Assembly: GCA_937625935.1 (NCBI GenBank)
Contig: OW569358.1
Location: 372,001 to 436,000, forward strand
DNA from: Tetramitus jugosus
Taxonomy: Eukaryota; Protista; Heterolobosea
Direction of reading: 5' to 3'
DNA length: 64,000 bases
Within the stretch, counting starts at the first letter, position 1; every line of letters begins with the position of its first letter. The position numbers and the translations under genes are program-made. Below are positions 44,410 to 56,071 of the stretch, piece by piece. The notes under the pieces are model-generated. The model saw only the letters and a list, made by a program, of their open reading frames with translations, searched no databases and was not told the origin of the DNA.

Positions 44410-45366
44410 TCAGTTTGATGGTGTCAAGTGAATCGTTTTCACAACGCGATCCGCTATTTCTTTCAATTTGATCGCACTGGTCGTCTCGGGATACATTTTA
44501 ACAAAATCAATGCCCTCATCTTCAGCATTTCCCAGCTTTGGATCAATAGGAACAGTTCCCAGCACTGGCACATTGAACTGTTGTGCCAATTCTTCACCAC
44601 CACCCTGTCCAAATATATATGTGACTTCGTGACAGCACGGACAAGCAAAACCGCTCATATTTTCCACAATTCCAATCACTGGAATGTTTAGCTTTCGACA
44701 AAAATTGAGTTCTTTGCGCACATCGGCCAACGACACACCCTGTGGTGTAGTCACCACAATGGCACCATCCAATGGAATCTCCTTGAAAATCTCTGCAATC
44801 GAAATGTGCTCATCCGATGTGCCAGGAGGTGTATCCACAATCAATACATCCAAATCTCCCCAGTAAACATCTTGCATAAACTGCCGTATCATTGCTTGTT
44901 TTTTTGGACCTCTCCAAACGACTGCGTCATCCTCATTTTGCAACAAGAAGGCAATACTCATGCAGCACAAGGTGTTTTTTGAAGAACCTCCGGCGTAGTC
45001 AACCAGTGGATCTCCGCCGGCGGAGGCATTTCCGGCGCCAATCGCGGAGTCACTCATTTGTCCGCTGTCGGAGGAATACTGATCGACGTGAACAGGAACC
45101 CAGCCTTCACTGCACTGGAAGACTTGTCGTTTTTCAATGCCCAAAATCTTGGGAACACTGGGTCCACATATATCAATATCAAGAATACCGACTCTATATT
45201 GTTGTGATAGTGTAAAGGCCAATTGGGTGCTGATCGAAGATTTTCCGACTCCGCCTTTTCCCGACAAGACGAGAATTTTGTGTTTGATGGTGCTCATGCG
45301 GCGTTGTAGTGTGGTCATACCACCACTATTGTTGTTATTGGTGGAAGTGTTGGTAGGTGATGACAT
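44410..45366 (-). CDS. NUBP2: Cytosolic Fe-S assembly factor NUBP2/Cfd1
   Basis: [33 protein letters not shown] and CPCC. It lacks the N-terminal Cys cluster of Nbp35. Confidence 0.88.
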   Translation of the reverse strand: MSSPTNTSTNNNNSGGMTTLQRRMSTIKHKILVLSGKGGVGKSSISTQLAFTLSQQYRVGILDIDICGPSVPKILGIEKRQVFQCSEGWVPVHVDQYSSDSGQMSDSAIGAGNASAGGDPLVDYAGGSSKNTLCCMSIAFLLQNEDDAVVWRGPKKQAMIRQFMQDVYWGDLDVLIVDTPPGTSDEHISIAEIFKEIPLDGAIVVTTPQGVSLADVRKELNFCRKLNIPVIGIVENMSGFACPCCHEVTYIFGQGGGEELAQQFNVPVLGTVPIDPKLGNAEDEGIDFVKMYPETTSAIKLKEIADRVVKTIHLTPSN

Positions 45367-45878
45367 GGTTTCTATTGTTTTGTTGTTGTTGTTTGATTTT
45401 TTTTTTGCCTTGTTCGAACCAAAAGTTTTAGCGAAGTGATTTCTACGCAAATGGAAAAGGCGTGAAATCCCGATGAAGTTTTGGTGAAGTGCGGCATTGG
45501 GGCACAGGGTTGTTATCAGAGAATACAAAGTTGTAGTGAGCAGCTCTCGGTGGTCCTACAGGCAGTCCTACTCCTTCCAAAACCAATGGAGTTTTCACTC
45601 GCTTTCCATCTCGGCTCAACTTTCGATCGAGAGAGCAATAACAGCGCAACACAAGTCAGGTTCAATTTTTGTCAAATTGTTTTAGTTTGTCCGCTGCCCT
45701 CTGTTCGCACTTCTCATAAAATGTGCACCTGAATTTCTGTGTGAACAATTTCATGGTTTCCATTCAAACAAACAACAAACAAAGAAATCACTACTTGTCG
45801 GACAACCTTTCTCTTGAATTGACTTGGATAGATATATCTATTCGCACATATTCAAATTATATAATACCTTAGATTGGA

Positions 45879-47067
45879 ATGATCACTCAACAACAGAACA
45901 ACACCAACAACAACAACAATAACAAGAATATCAATAGCACAATCAATTTGAAGAGTCATCCGATGCAACAACAACAACAACAACAAAATTTAACATTGCC
46001 ACAACAGATTTTATCGGCAAGTGCAGGAGCTTTGTTGACGACATCGATCGGTATGTTTGCTTTTTGTTGTTCGTTCGCCCATGCATCATTATTCGCTCCA
46101 TTTGTGCATTTTGAGCTAATAACAAGCTTGATTTTTGGTTTGTTTGTTTGTTGAATGAACAAAATGATTTTATTGTGATGTGTGCATGTTGTGTGTGAAT
46201 TCTTCTAATGCAATTCTCACAGTGACGCCATTTGATGTGATCAAGACACAAATTCAAGTGAACAGAGCGAGTTACATGGCTGTTGAACAAACTTTGGCGC
46301 ATCACAATACTCCGACCGCACTTGGATCGCTCAAGTACATTTTAAAGAATGGTGGAGTAAAGGGATTGTGGAGAGGATTGGCGCCCAGTTTGGTGATGCA
46401 AGTGCCAGGAACAGGCCTCTATTATTCTTCCTATGAAAATTTGCGGATATTTCTTGATCGGAATCTCACTTCCAGAAAAGAGTGGAACCCATTGTACGCT
46501 GGTTGTTTGGCGCGTGTTTTGGCGGGAACGATAACGAGTCCTTTGGAGTTTTTGCGGACGGCGGTACAGGCCAATTTAACACCAAGCAGTCGGTTGGCTG
46601 AGAAACCTTCCATGACATCCTTTTTTCACATGGTGAAGAATGGTCAAGTGAGTCCATGGACGGGTCTCGGAATTACTTTGCTCAGAGATGTTCCATTTTC
46701 TGCACTTTACTGGTACTGTTACGAGAGATTTAGAGCTATATTTTTGAGGGAGTATGGTGCAGATTATTTGGTTGTGAGCTCGTTTTTTGGTGGTGCAGCT
46801 AGTGGAATGGTGGCTGCCATTTGCACGAATCCACTCGATGTGATCAAGAGTGAAATTCAAGCTCATGGTCTCAATAAGAATAGTGAAAAACGATTGTGGC
46901 AAACGACAAAGAATTTGTACATGGCTGATGGACTGTATAGCTTTACCAGAGGATGGGCACCACGGTTGGCTAAAGTGGCACCTTCTTGCGGAATCATGAT
47001 ATCGAGCTTTGAATTGTTCAAATCCTTATTTTTGGCACAAAATTCGAGTAAACAATCTGCATCCTAA
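45879..47067 (+). CDS. Mitochondrial carrier, SLC25A39/40 (Mtm1)-like (intron 46051-46222)
   Basis: TPFDVIK, SPLEFLRT, NPLDVIK; RDVPFSALYW; KVAPSCGIMISSFE. Confidence 0.88.
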
Positions 47068-47237
47068 CCATAACTATTACAATGACCGGCATGACGCTGT
47101 CACACGGAAGCGTAGTATGGAGCGTTATCGTCCGATGAATATTTTCCCGACACTTACAAATTTTTGAACGTTACGCTCTCGATTAATATTCAAAAAGCCC
47201 AAAAACCAAAGAAAAACATATTATCCAGCTCAAGGAA

Positions 47238-49391
47238 ATGAATAGCAATAATTACTGGACCCAAACACTGAACCATTATCCACACTCGGGGAACAACAGT
47301 ACCCTATCTTCTACTTCGTCCTTCCATAGCAATGCTACTCCTCTCAATCAAACCTCACTGTCCCAGGCAAGTTTCTTGAGCGCATCAACGATACCACCAG
47401 ATGAGAGTTTCAATTTTGACCAATTAGTGAGGGATGCTCAGAATTGTGAAAGGGTATTGAATCACCAACGACCACAAAATTCAACTATCTACGGTGTACA
47501 GCAATACAGTGGACCACAAGCATCGATCAACCCATACCAAATGCAACCCAATATCCAAACTTCTTTTGTACATCCGCATCAATTACACCAACCATTTAAT
47601 GTACCTCTGTCAATGCACCAGCAAATGTATAGCAACTCGAGTAGTAGCATGAACTCTTCAACATGCGAACAAGAGAACAAAGATCCTAATTGTAGTAAAG
47701 AAAGTCCAATTGGAGGTAAAAAAGAGGGGTCTCCTCGAATTCCAACCAAGAACATGCGGATCAGTAAAGAGTTTAAGCTCCCTCGAAGAAGAGATTCCAA
47801 GATTTCGACAGAAAACATCAAGAAAGAAGTCGAAGAGAAGTTTCACACTGAATGTACATTTAAGCCACAGATCACCAAGTACACTGGTTCTAAAAGAGAA
47901 TTATCAGCAGAGGAGCGGTGGAATCGACTGGCTGACAGTAAGAGAACAGCCTATCAGAATAGAGAAAAAGAGAAGCAAAGGTTGGAGCAGGAAGAAATGA
48001 AACAGTATTCCTTCCAACCCAATGCACAAAAGAAGAATACCACCGTTCGTAGTTCGAGTGTTGTAGATAGACTTTCGAAGAAAGGAGTCGACAAGGTTGC
48101 ACAGAGAGAACAGGCCAAGAGAGAGATGGAAATGGCTCAGATGAATCAACATAACTATGCACCTAAGATTAATCAAAGCGTTCCCGAAAATTATGTACCC
48201 GTGTTTGATAGAGTTGCAGAGCTCCAAAAGAAAAAGGAGGAGAAGTTGAGAGAGCTACGGATTCAACAGTTTTATGGAAACAAGGAGTTGACCTTTAATC
48301 CAGAGATTAACAAAACAAGTGAACAGATTGCCAAGACAAAGAATGGATTACACTTCCATGAAAAGGTACAGATGGGCCTGCTTAACGAAGCAACGAGCAA
48401 GCCTCCTTCACAATCGGAAGAAATCAAGGAGTGTACATTCCAACCAAAGGTGAATCCAAAGAGTGAAGAAATGCTGAAGTTTTCGAGACTGTATTCCAAA
48501 GAGACAGATTTTGTGAAGAGACAAGAGATCCTTGTTCAACGAGAGCAACAACGAAAAGAACTATTGAGGGAGAAGGAAGATAGTACCAACCAGTATACAT
48601 TCAAGCCTTCTATTAACAAGACATCTCAAATTATTGCCGAGGCAAAGTCTAGTAGATCATTAGAAACAGAAGAGGATAGAATCCAGAGATTGTCTCAAAA
48701 AGATATGATGAAGAAACAGGCACTTCAGTCAATTATACAAGATCAATACTACTCCCAATTCACATTCCAACCCGAGGTAAACGAGAATTCCAAGATGATG
48801 GCTCCTTCGTCCTCTTCAGTTACAGATTACAAGCTTCATGAAGATATCAAAAAACACAAACTAGATATGTTAAAGAAGGATAAGTACGATTTTAAACCAA
48901 CATTAATCGCTAAACCTCTCAATGTTCAACCAAAGGTCCTCGATGTGAACTACGAAGAATTCAAGAATCGAAAGCTGGAGTATGCTCAACAGGTTCAAGA
49001 GTACAATGAAATCAAAGATTGCACATTCAAACCTCAAGTCAATAAGAGCATACCAGAGAAGGATCATGGACCGATCGTAATCAAAGGACTTGGACAATTC
49101 CTTGACAGAAAAGACAGAGCAAAGAGAATCGAAGAGGAAAAAAGAGAAGCCGAAGAAGCTGCTTTTCGACCAAGGTATCGTGTTGATCAAAGTATGAACA
49201 ACACAGGATACACCATACCAGAGCCCTTCCAAAGTTTACATCCAGGAAACAATGAAACCTTCCAGGAAGTTCGAAGAAGAGAACTCATCAATCGCGTCAG
49301 ACAGGAAGAAATGCAAAATTGTACCTTCCATCCAAGAACCAATGCTTCCTCAGTAGATGTTGGCATTGAGTCCTTTTTGGCTGACCTGTAG
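47238..49391 (+). CDS. Coiled-coil protein with ~10 (C/Y)TF.P.(I/V)N repeats
   Basis: Long ORF with recurring ECTFKPQI/ECTFQPKVN/QYTFKPSIN motifs. Confidence 0.75.
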   Translation: MNSNNYWTQTLNHYPHSGNNSTLSSTSSFHSNATPLNQTSLSQASFLSASTIPPDESFNFDQLVRDAQNCERVLNHQRPQNSTIYGVQQYSGPQASINPYQMQPNIQTSFVHPHQLHQPFNVPLSMHQQMYSNSSSSMNSSTCEQENKDPNCSKESPIGGKKEGSPRIPTKNMRISKEFKLPRRRDSKISTENIKKEVEEKFHTECTFKPQITKYTGSKRELSAEERWNRLADSKRTAYQNREKEKQRLEQEEMKQYSFQPNAQKKNTTVRSSSVVDRLSKKGVDKVAQREQAKREMEMAQMNQHNYAPKINQSVPENYVPVFDRVAELQKKKEEKLRELRIQQFYGNKELTFNPEINKTSEQIAKTKNGLHFHEKVQMGLLNEATSKPPSQSEEIKECTFQPKVNPKSEEMLKFSRLYSKETDFVKRQEILVQREQQRKELLREKEDSTNQYTFKPSINKTSQIIAEAKSSRSLETEEDRIQRLSQKDMMKKQALQSIIQDQYYSQFTFQPEVNENSKMMAPSSSSVTDYKLHEDIKKHKLDMLKKDKYDFKPTLIAKPLNVQPKVLDVNYEEFKNRKLEYAQQVQEYNEIKDCTFKPQVNKSIPEKDHGPIVIKGLGQFLDRKDRAKRIEEEKREAEEAAFRPRYRVDQSMNNTGYTIPEPFQSLHPGNNETFQEVRRRELINRVRQEEMQNCTFHPRTNASSVDVGIESFLADL

Positions 49392-49453
49392 ACACGAATA
49401 CAATTTCTCACCCAGTCATAAATCAAAATCTCCGAAACTTTTCCCACCAAAAA

Positions 49454-50269
49454 ATGAATCAACAACAAGTTCGTTGGAATGATCAAGATGAATTTGATGA
49501 TAACATCATCGAAGACGATCAAGGTTCTCCATCCATGAACAACCCAAATGCAAGGTCCTCTCTCGTCGATGATGAAGACGATTACAACCCAGATGATCCC
49601 GAGAGTAACTCCGATAATTTCTCCGATTTTTACGAAAATGAATTGCAGGAGGAACAAGAAGAACAACTCCGTCAATCTCATGAACGACTCTTGATGCAAG
49701 AATCGGAAGAATCTCGTCTCTGGGAGAATGATTCTTCTTACCTGGTTGCCGTTTCACCTCGTCTCTTTGAAAACGATCGAATTCGATTGAAATTGATCAT
49801 GGGTTACCGTGTCTCTTCACTGGTTCATGGCCTGGACAATGACTATAGTGCTACGGCGCAATCCGCAATGACATCTGCCAATTCTCCACTCGTGCCATTC
49901 AATCGAAGAACTCGTAATCGATTGGCACAGTTCTACAATCGGAATGAGATGAATTTGAGGATGACACCGGAGCAGTTTAATCGATTGCCAGAGTACCAAC
50001 AGAGGAGGATACTGAGAGAGAGGTATTTGGCGAGACAGTGGAGAGAAAATAGAGATTTGAGAGATGGAATGATGCAGACGAGATTGCAGCGCAGCAGACA
50101 ATCGACGCCGTATTATGACAATGGCAATCCAGTGTCGTTTGCTGGATTTTTTAATTGGGCAGCATCGAATATGAATCAGATTGGATGGAGAAGTATGGTG
50201 GGTGTCGCAGCATTTGTCATTGGATTGATACGAGCTGCGGGAGGAAGAGGAGCGAGCGGCATGTCGTGA
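49454..50269 (+). CDS. Hypothetical protein, acidic N-terminus, C-terminal hydrophobic segment
   Basis: 271-aa ATG ORF; no family recognised. Confidence 0.6.
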   Translation: MNQQQVRWNDQDEFDDNIIEDDQGSPSMNNPNARSSLVDDEDDYNPDDPESNSDNFSDFYENELQEEQEEQLRQSHERLLMQESEESRLWENDSSYLVAVSPRLFENDRIRLKLIMGYRVSSLVHGLDNDYSATAQSAMTSANSPLVPFNRRTRNRLAQFYNRNEMNLRMTPEQFNRLPEYQQRRILRERYLARQWRENRDLRDGMMQTRLQRSRQSTPYYDNGNPVSFAGFFNWAASNMNQIGWRSMVGVAAFVIGLIRAAGGRGASGMS

Positions 50270-50400
50270 TGAAGCATGTGTAACGAAAATGTCAGGAAGC
50301 ATAACAATCTCATCCATTAGCTAAGATCGATCGAGTAAAAGGACCGATCAAGTTGAATAATACAGCATCAAATGGTTACAAGTTATTTGTTGTTTTATTA

Positions 50401-51405
50401 TTATTCTAGTTTACCAAGGGAGGCCATGGAGGGAGCACCTACTGACTCATCCGTATCCAATCCTAATTCCTCCAAAAACTGAGCAGGTTTCTGATCAGCC
50501 GCCTCGGACAACTTGTCCACAATGTCCTTGAATATCGATTTTCTCTGTTTCCAATGCTTGAGATACAAGTTCAACTTGACCATTGCATTCTTCTTATCAT
50601 CCGGATGAGCCAACTGTGCACCACCCTTCAATTTATCTAGTCTCGCCTGTTTCCGCTCGCATTCCTCTTCCAATTGCCGTATCGCCTCAGCCAATTCATC
50701 ATTGCTCATTGATTTTGCATATTTTGCCTTTTCCGAAGTCAGGGCATTCACTTCATTCTTCAACTCGTTTCTCTCCACTGTTAATTCCTTGATTTGATCA
50801 TCCATTTGTTTCAGTTCGTCCTTGTCCATCACTGGCATCAAATCCTGATTCATAAAATACACTTTTGTCTTCTTATTCTCCTTGAGTGTCACTTTTTTTT
50901 CCTTGACTAGTTTGTCGATACATTTCTGACACATGGCCTTCTTGACTTGACCATGCAAGTTGTCCACTAAATTGACTACACTGAACGGACGATTCGTCTT
51001 CTTCAAATAGTCAAAAACAACTTCTCTGGCTTCTGGTTCCGATTTGATACTGACATCTTTTTTTTTGGATGCTGATTTGGAGGTGGTCGATTTGGATTTT
51101 GATGCAGTTGATGATTCCTTTTTGTTTGACGCACTCTTTTTTGTAGTGGTGGTGGTGCTTGATGCTGCTTTTTTCCTTGTTGAAGAAGAAGCAGCTTTTT
51201 TTGTTGTTGTTGTTGATTCTTTTTTGGCCTTCTTCTTGGGAGGTGGTGATTCTTCATCTTCTCCGTAGGATGCGTCATTGTCATCGTCGTCGTCGTCATC
51301 ACCACCGCCATTGTCGTGTTCATCGTCATCTTCGAAAGCTGCTTCGTCTTCAAAGACAAAGTCACCATCTTCGTCGTCGGAATCTGCCTTTTTTCGTTTG
51401 CCCAT
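50401..51405 (-). CDS. HOP2: Homologous-pairing protein Hop2/TBPIP
   Basis: YL...NRPFS...L.DNL, K.KVYF.NQ, coiled coil, W.QRK.IF..I. Confidence 0.88.
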   Translation of the reverse strand: MGKRKKADSDDEDGDFVFEDEAAFEDDDEHDNGGGDDDDDDDNDASYGEDEESPPPKKKAKKESTTTTKKAASSSTRKKAASSTTTTTKKSASNKKESSTASKSKSTTSKSASKKKDVSIKSEPEAREVVFDYLKKTNRPFSVVNLVDNLHGQVKKAMCQKCIDKLVKEKKVTLKENKKTKVYFMNQDLMPVMDKDELKQMDDQIKELTVERNELKNEVNALTSEKAKYAKSMSNDELAEAIRQLEEECERKQARLDKLKGGAQLAHPDDKKNAMVKLNLYLKHWKQRKSIFKDIVDKLSEAADQKPAQFLEELGLDTDESVGAPSMASLGKLE

Positions 51406-51626
51406 TTTTTTTAAAGTTGGTTTGTTGTTGTTGTTGTTCGTTTGTTTGTAGATGTGTGTTTGATTTTTGTTTCTTTGTGTATTCGAAAAATGGTTTTTTC
51501 GTGTTTTTTTTGTTTGGCGCTTTGAAAGTTCCAGCAATCGCTGGAAGGCGAGTCATTTCTCGAAGTGCGCGCCTTTTCCTACGACCCATTCGCGTTTTTG
51601 TTCCAAAACCAACGAATTGAAAGTTG

Positions 51627-54284
51627 ATGATGAATAGTGGTACGAACCGGCGATCGATTCATCATCACCAGAACCCCACTGTGACCACTACAAGGGACGA
51701 AAGTGATCCTAGTCGTCATCATGCCCCACCTCCGATCCATGATGACATTGAAGAATTTGAGGATAGCTTTCATAATGGGAAGAATTCACTCAAGAAGCAT
51801 CGTAGCTCTAGCTCTCACAAGAAGGCTTCCAAGTCAAGTTCTCATCACCACAAGCACAAGTCTCATTCCTCCTCCAGGAGACGAACAACCAGTGATGAGA
51901 GAAACGAAGATACAGACAAGAAGAGAAGAAGAAGCTCTAGTACAACTGTTGGTGAATCGTTGTCTTGTTCGAAAAAGAATTCTGTGAGTGGTAAGGATCA
52001 CCATCATCCTCATCAATCTCAGTTGGTGATCGTGTCTTCGGCGCAACAGAGACAAGCAGTCATGAATCCTCCGTCATCTCATGTTATGCAAGCAGGAGGC
52101 GATTCAAAAAGGTCAAGTGTGAGTGTTGGAATAGGGACTAATGGAATAGCGCACGATGTGAAACGTGTGCGAATCAGTGATGAACACTTGCAAGCTTTTA
52201 TATCTACTGATCGAGAGAGCGGGAAGGTGGGCGTTTATAAGCGTGTCAAGTTGGAAGAAGAGAGCTATGATGTCAATGATGGCGCAATCCAGCTATCTAA
52301 GAACTCTGTTCAAAGATCAGTGGAGCAGAGAAGAGAGCATGAACAACAATTAGAGACCTCTAGATTACCACAGTATGATAGTGACCATGACGATGACGAT
52401 GATGTTGTGGATGATGATCATGAGACTACTACCACGGCAGTAAGAGTCAAGAGAGAAATGAATGATAGTAGAGATGACGATGCGTTCGAACAACATTCGA
52501 TCCTACGCACAGAGATTGGTGAAACACAGTCCCAAAAGAATACTCCTGAAACTAATATGACGGTCGCCCCTTTATCGACTCCAGTTGCTACTAGAACTAT
52601 AATATTTGGTGCAAAAACGACGAAGGATAGCACGCACATGAATGAAGATCATAAAGCGAGCCCTACGATAGAAGAGTCGAAGGAGGGTAGTGCACATTGT
52701 CAAGAGGAAACGTACGAACGACATCCCAAGATTGAAGCGGCCGATATCAAACATGAAGTGTTTGTCGAACACAAACCAGTATTTGAGAATACTCGCAACT
52801 GCCAACGACCAAATAGTAATCTTGTAGAACCAAAATCGGAAGATTGTCACATGTGCGTTGAACAAACCATTGATACCCATCGCACTCAATTTACAGAATG
52901 GGTGACGCTTAGGATTCAAGGTAGAACATTTGAAGTGACAATTGAAACTCTTCTCCGCAACCCAGAGTCTATCTTTCATAAGCTATTCGATAAGAGTGTA
53001 GTGAATGATGAGCGATTGAAATATTTCCGAATCGCCGCTCGAGCACCAATTACATTCGATTCGGTCAAGTCTATACTCTCTTCTCACCGAGTCACAATAA
53101 CCATTGATAGGGACGAACAGTTATTTGGTTATATTTTAAATTATATGAGAACAGGGAATGTCGCAATACCGAATACCGTAAGCTCTAGCTCGATTATACA
53201 GGAAGCAAAATTTTATGGTTTGGATGCCCTGATTCACGAAATCGAAAAACCACTGAATAGGAGTGATGTGATACGGATTTTAATGGAATCGAGTGGTGTG
53301 ATTAGGCTTCGTGGGTGCAATTTACAATCGGCAGATCTTAGAAATTTGAACTTGAGCTCGATAGACATGTCATATTGTAACCTATCGCATTGTACATTGA
53401 TGAAAACGTCCATAGAAACTTGTATCTTTAAGGGTACTATGCTCAATGATGCTGATTTTTGTGATTGTGATGGTAAAGCGACTGCCTTTGACAGTATAGA
53501 TGCATCAACGGTTAATTTTGGAGGATCCAAGCTCATGAGCTCCACTTTCTCTCAGTCAAAGCTGACTACATGTCGGTTTCAGAACACGATTATTGACAAA
53601 TCATATTGGAAAGATATCACGTTGACCGAATCAAAATTTAGGGATGTGAGTGCTGAAGCGTGCCATTTCACTTATGTCAACTTTCGAAAGTGTGATCTGT
53701 CAGGAACAAACTTCAGTGAATCTGTTTTCGAATCAGTGCAATTGGATGAGTGCAAATTATTTAGGGTGTACTTAAAGAATTGTCAGTTTAGTACGATGAA
53801 GTTCATCGAGTTTGATTTCACAGATTTACTCGATTTCTCTTCCTGCTCGTTTAACAAGGTTGTGTTTCGCAATACCAATTTCTCTGGAGTTAACATCTCC
53901 AGAGTAGCTTTTAGTCATTGCAATTTCTATCAGTGCAACTTTGAGGGTGTTACCTTCCAACAGAAGAGTAAGATTGGAAACTGCACATTCTCTGAATGCA
54001 ACTTCAAGAAGGGTAAATTCCTTCAAAAAACAGATATCAAGTTCTCAGAGTTTGAGTCTTGTGACTTTAGACAGTGTTCTCTACATCAAGTCGAGTTTGC
54101 AGACAATCAAATGAAGAGAGTCAAGCTTGATGGAACTACGTTTCAAGGTTGCGACATCAACTTTTTACAGTGCAGCCAATGCTCAATGTTTGACACAAAA
54201 ATGTTGGACTCTCAAGGTGTTCTGGCCAACAGCAACCAATTCATTGATTGCTCAGGTTTTACTCAAAAAACCATTTCTCAATAA
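51627..54284 (+). CDS. BTB/POZ + pentapeptide-repeat protein (KCTD9-like)
   Basis: V.L.IQG..F..T..TL, IDRD..LF.YILNY.RTG, EAKFYG, followed by pentapeptide repeats. Confidence 0.85.
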   Translation: MMNSGTNRRSIHHHQNPTVTTTRDESDPSRHHAPPPIHDDIEEFEDSFHNGKNSLKKHRSSSSHKKASKSSSHHHKHKSHSSSRRRTTSDERNEDTDKKRRRSSSTTVGESLSCSKKNSVSGKDHHHPHQSQLVIVSSAQQRQAVMNPPSSHVMQAGGDSKRSSVSVGIGTNGIAHDVKRVRISDEHLQAFISTDRESGKVGVYKRVKLEEESYDVNDGAIQLSKNSVQRSVEQRREHEQQLETSRLPQYDSDHDDDDDVVDDDHETTTTAVRVKREMNDSRDDDAFEQHSILRTEIGETQSQKNTPETNMTVAPLSTPVATRTIIFGAKTTKDSTHMNEDHKASPTIEESKEGSAHCQEETYERHPKIEAADIKHEVFVEHKPVFENTRNCQRPNSNLVEPKSEDCHMCVEQTIDTHRTQFTEWVTLRIQGRTFEVTIETLLRNPESIFHKLFDKSVVNDERLKYFRIAARAPITFDSVKSILSSHRVTITIDRDEQLFGYILNYMRTGNVAIPNTVSSSSIIQEAKFYGLDALIHEIEKPLNRSDVIRILMESSGVIRLRGCNLQSADLRNLNLSSIDMSYCNLSHCTLMKTSIETCIFKGTMLNDADFCDCDGKATAFDSIDASTVNFGGSKLMSSTFSQSKLTTCRFQNTIIDKSYWKDITLTESKFRDVSAEACHFTYVNFRKCDLSGTNFSESVFESVQLDECKLFRVYLKNCQFSTMKFIEFDFTDLLDFSSCSFNKVVFRNTNFSGVNISRVAFSHCNFYQCNFEGVTFQQKSKIGNCTFSECNFKKGKFLQKTDIKFSEFESCDFRQCSLHQVEFADNQMKRVKLDGTTFQGCDINFLQCSQCSMFDTKMLDSQGVLANSNQFIDCSGFTQKTISQ

Positions 54285-54514
54285 ATAAGATCATGATAAT
54301 ATGACCAACATGAGCCAAAAGATTCTTTTTCATTGTATTGGAATCGCACGCTCAGAAATCGAACAGACAAGTTAGATTCCGCTGCGGCTAAACTACCACA
54401 GCCAGGCGAGAAAGCTCCTTGTGTGGAAAAACTAAATCACGCAAAAAACAACAACAGCAGACACGCAACACTTTCGAACAACAACAAACAACAATAACAA
54501 AACACCAATCAAAC

Positions 54515-54829
54515 ATGCATCCAGTCATCAAAGAAAATGAACTAACACCAGAATGTCTCAAAGTTTGGCAAGACTTCAAGAGATGTCACGCTGAAAAACG
54601 AGTGGGCAGACTCTTTAGAGCATGTGCTCAGCTAGAAAATGATTTGAATGATTGTTTGGGTAGAGAATGGGAAGCAAAGGTGGAAGCTAACAAGGAAGGA
54701 CTAGACGTGTATCGCAGAATTGAATACTTGAGAGATTTGAAGAAGGAAGAAGAACAAAAGAAGAGAGCTACAGATGGTTTGACATTGGAGGAGAAGATTA
54801 AGCTCGCAAAGAAGGAGGCTCAAGTCTAA
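54515..54829 (+). CDS. CMC2: Twin CX9C COX assembly protein Cmc2-like
   Basis: MHP...C-x9-CH...F.AC-x9-CL. Confidence 0.75.
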   Translation: MHPVIKENELTPECLKVWQDFKRCHAEKRVGRLFRACAQLENDLNDCLGREWEAKVEANKEGLDVYRRIEYLRDLKKEEEQKKRATDGLTLEEKIKLAKKEAQV

Positions 54830-55134
54830 GAAGAAGGATTTTTTTTCTTGTGTGATCATCGTCTTCATTGTTGTTGTTGTTTTGTTGTGTCGTGAACGTG
54901 GACAGACATGATGATTTTTTGTGAATGAATTTTTCTTTGCCATCATCGCAAACTGGTGACGATGATTGCTCAAGCAGTATGATGATATTTGAGGGAATAT
55001 AGGAGGATAATCGTAAATGACGATTATGTAAGTGGAGGGAACTGGATCCATATGAGAGAAAAGAGCGCGTGCTTTTGGCGTCGCGATCGCAATAAAGCAA
55101 AAATCGTAAAAATGAAATACGCGGTTGTTTTACT

Positions 55135-56041
55135 CTACGGTAAGAGTTGCTTCTTTTGGAGACTTGCACATTCTCTGTTCATGTTGGCAAACGCTTGTGA
55201 TTCACACAATTGTGTCATCTCTTGTGTGTAGTAGAGCTTCTGATTGTTGTTGTTTTGCGTTGATGCCATGTGCTGCAGAAAGGCTGCTCTCTTCTCACAA
55301 AAGGTATCAAACGGCACAAATTGATACTCGTGCCTGATCTGGCGACTGTATTCATTGTATCGTTCTTCGTTGGCACCTAGAATACCTAAATCGAAATCCA
55401 AGAACCACTTGAGAGCTTCGTCCGTCTCTTGTGCATGTGAACCATGATTCTTCGTGCACAGGATATACTTTACAACTGAATCGACTACTTGTTGCGGGAT
55501 CCATTGCACTTGACTCGCAAACTGTTCAAACAGCTTTGCACTTTGTTCTTCATTGTCGCTTGCTTTTGAGTCATAAATGATACTTTAGCCAAACACAAAA
55601 GAAAATTAGGTTACAAACTCCTTGACAAAAAACAACTTGACAAAAAACCAAACGTAAACCAATTATGTTGCTTTGTACTTACTCATGAAAGAAAATGCTC
55701 CATTGAACAACAAGTCTTCTGTCAGCATCCTGCGGCAACAGGTGCTCGAACCGCTCAAACCACTGAAAAAGCTCCTTCAAGTGATTCAAGGTGTGATACG
55801 CTCTGTGCTCTTCAGAATGACGCTGCACAATTGTCTTCCACCATTGTTCAACCACCACAAGATTGTCATTTGAATCGCTGCTTTCTTGTTTTTGCAGTTG
55901 ACAAAGCTGTTTCCATTTCTGTGCCAAATCAAAGCTGGGTCCCGACTTGATTGTTGACATTCTTGCAATTTGATGTTGAAACTGTTTTGATAAAGACGAG
56001 AGATGTTGGTTTGATCTGATCTGTTGAGTCAATCGGAACAT
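55135..56041 (-). CDS. HD-superfamily metal-dependent phosphohydrolase (COG4339-like), 2 exons
   Basis: R.YHTL.HL, FH(D) across an intron at ~55585-55682, FLD.DL.ILG, Y...IR.EY. Confidence 0.8.
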
Positions 56042-56071
56042 CGAAGAATTCAAGAAAGAACAGGTTTTTTG

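Noticed and set aside
45631-45664. RNase P/MRP RNA (CR-IV/CR-V-like words)
   Set aside because: No matching CR-I/P4 partner found upstream.
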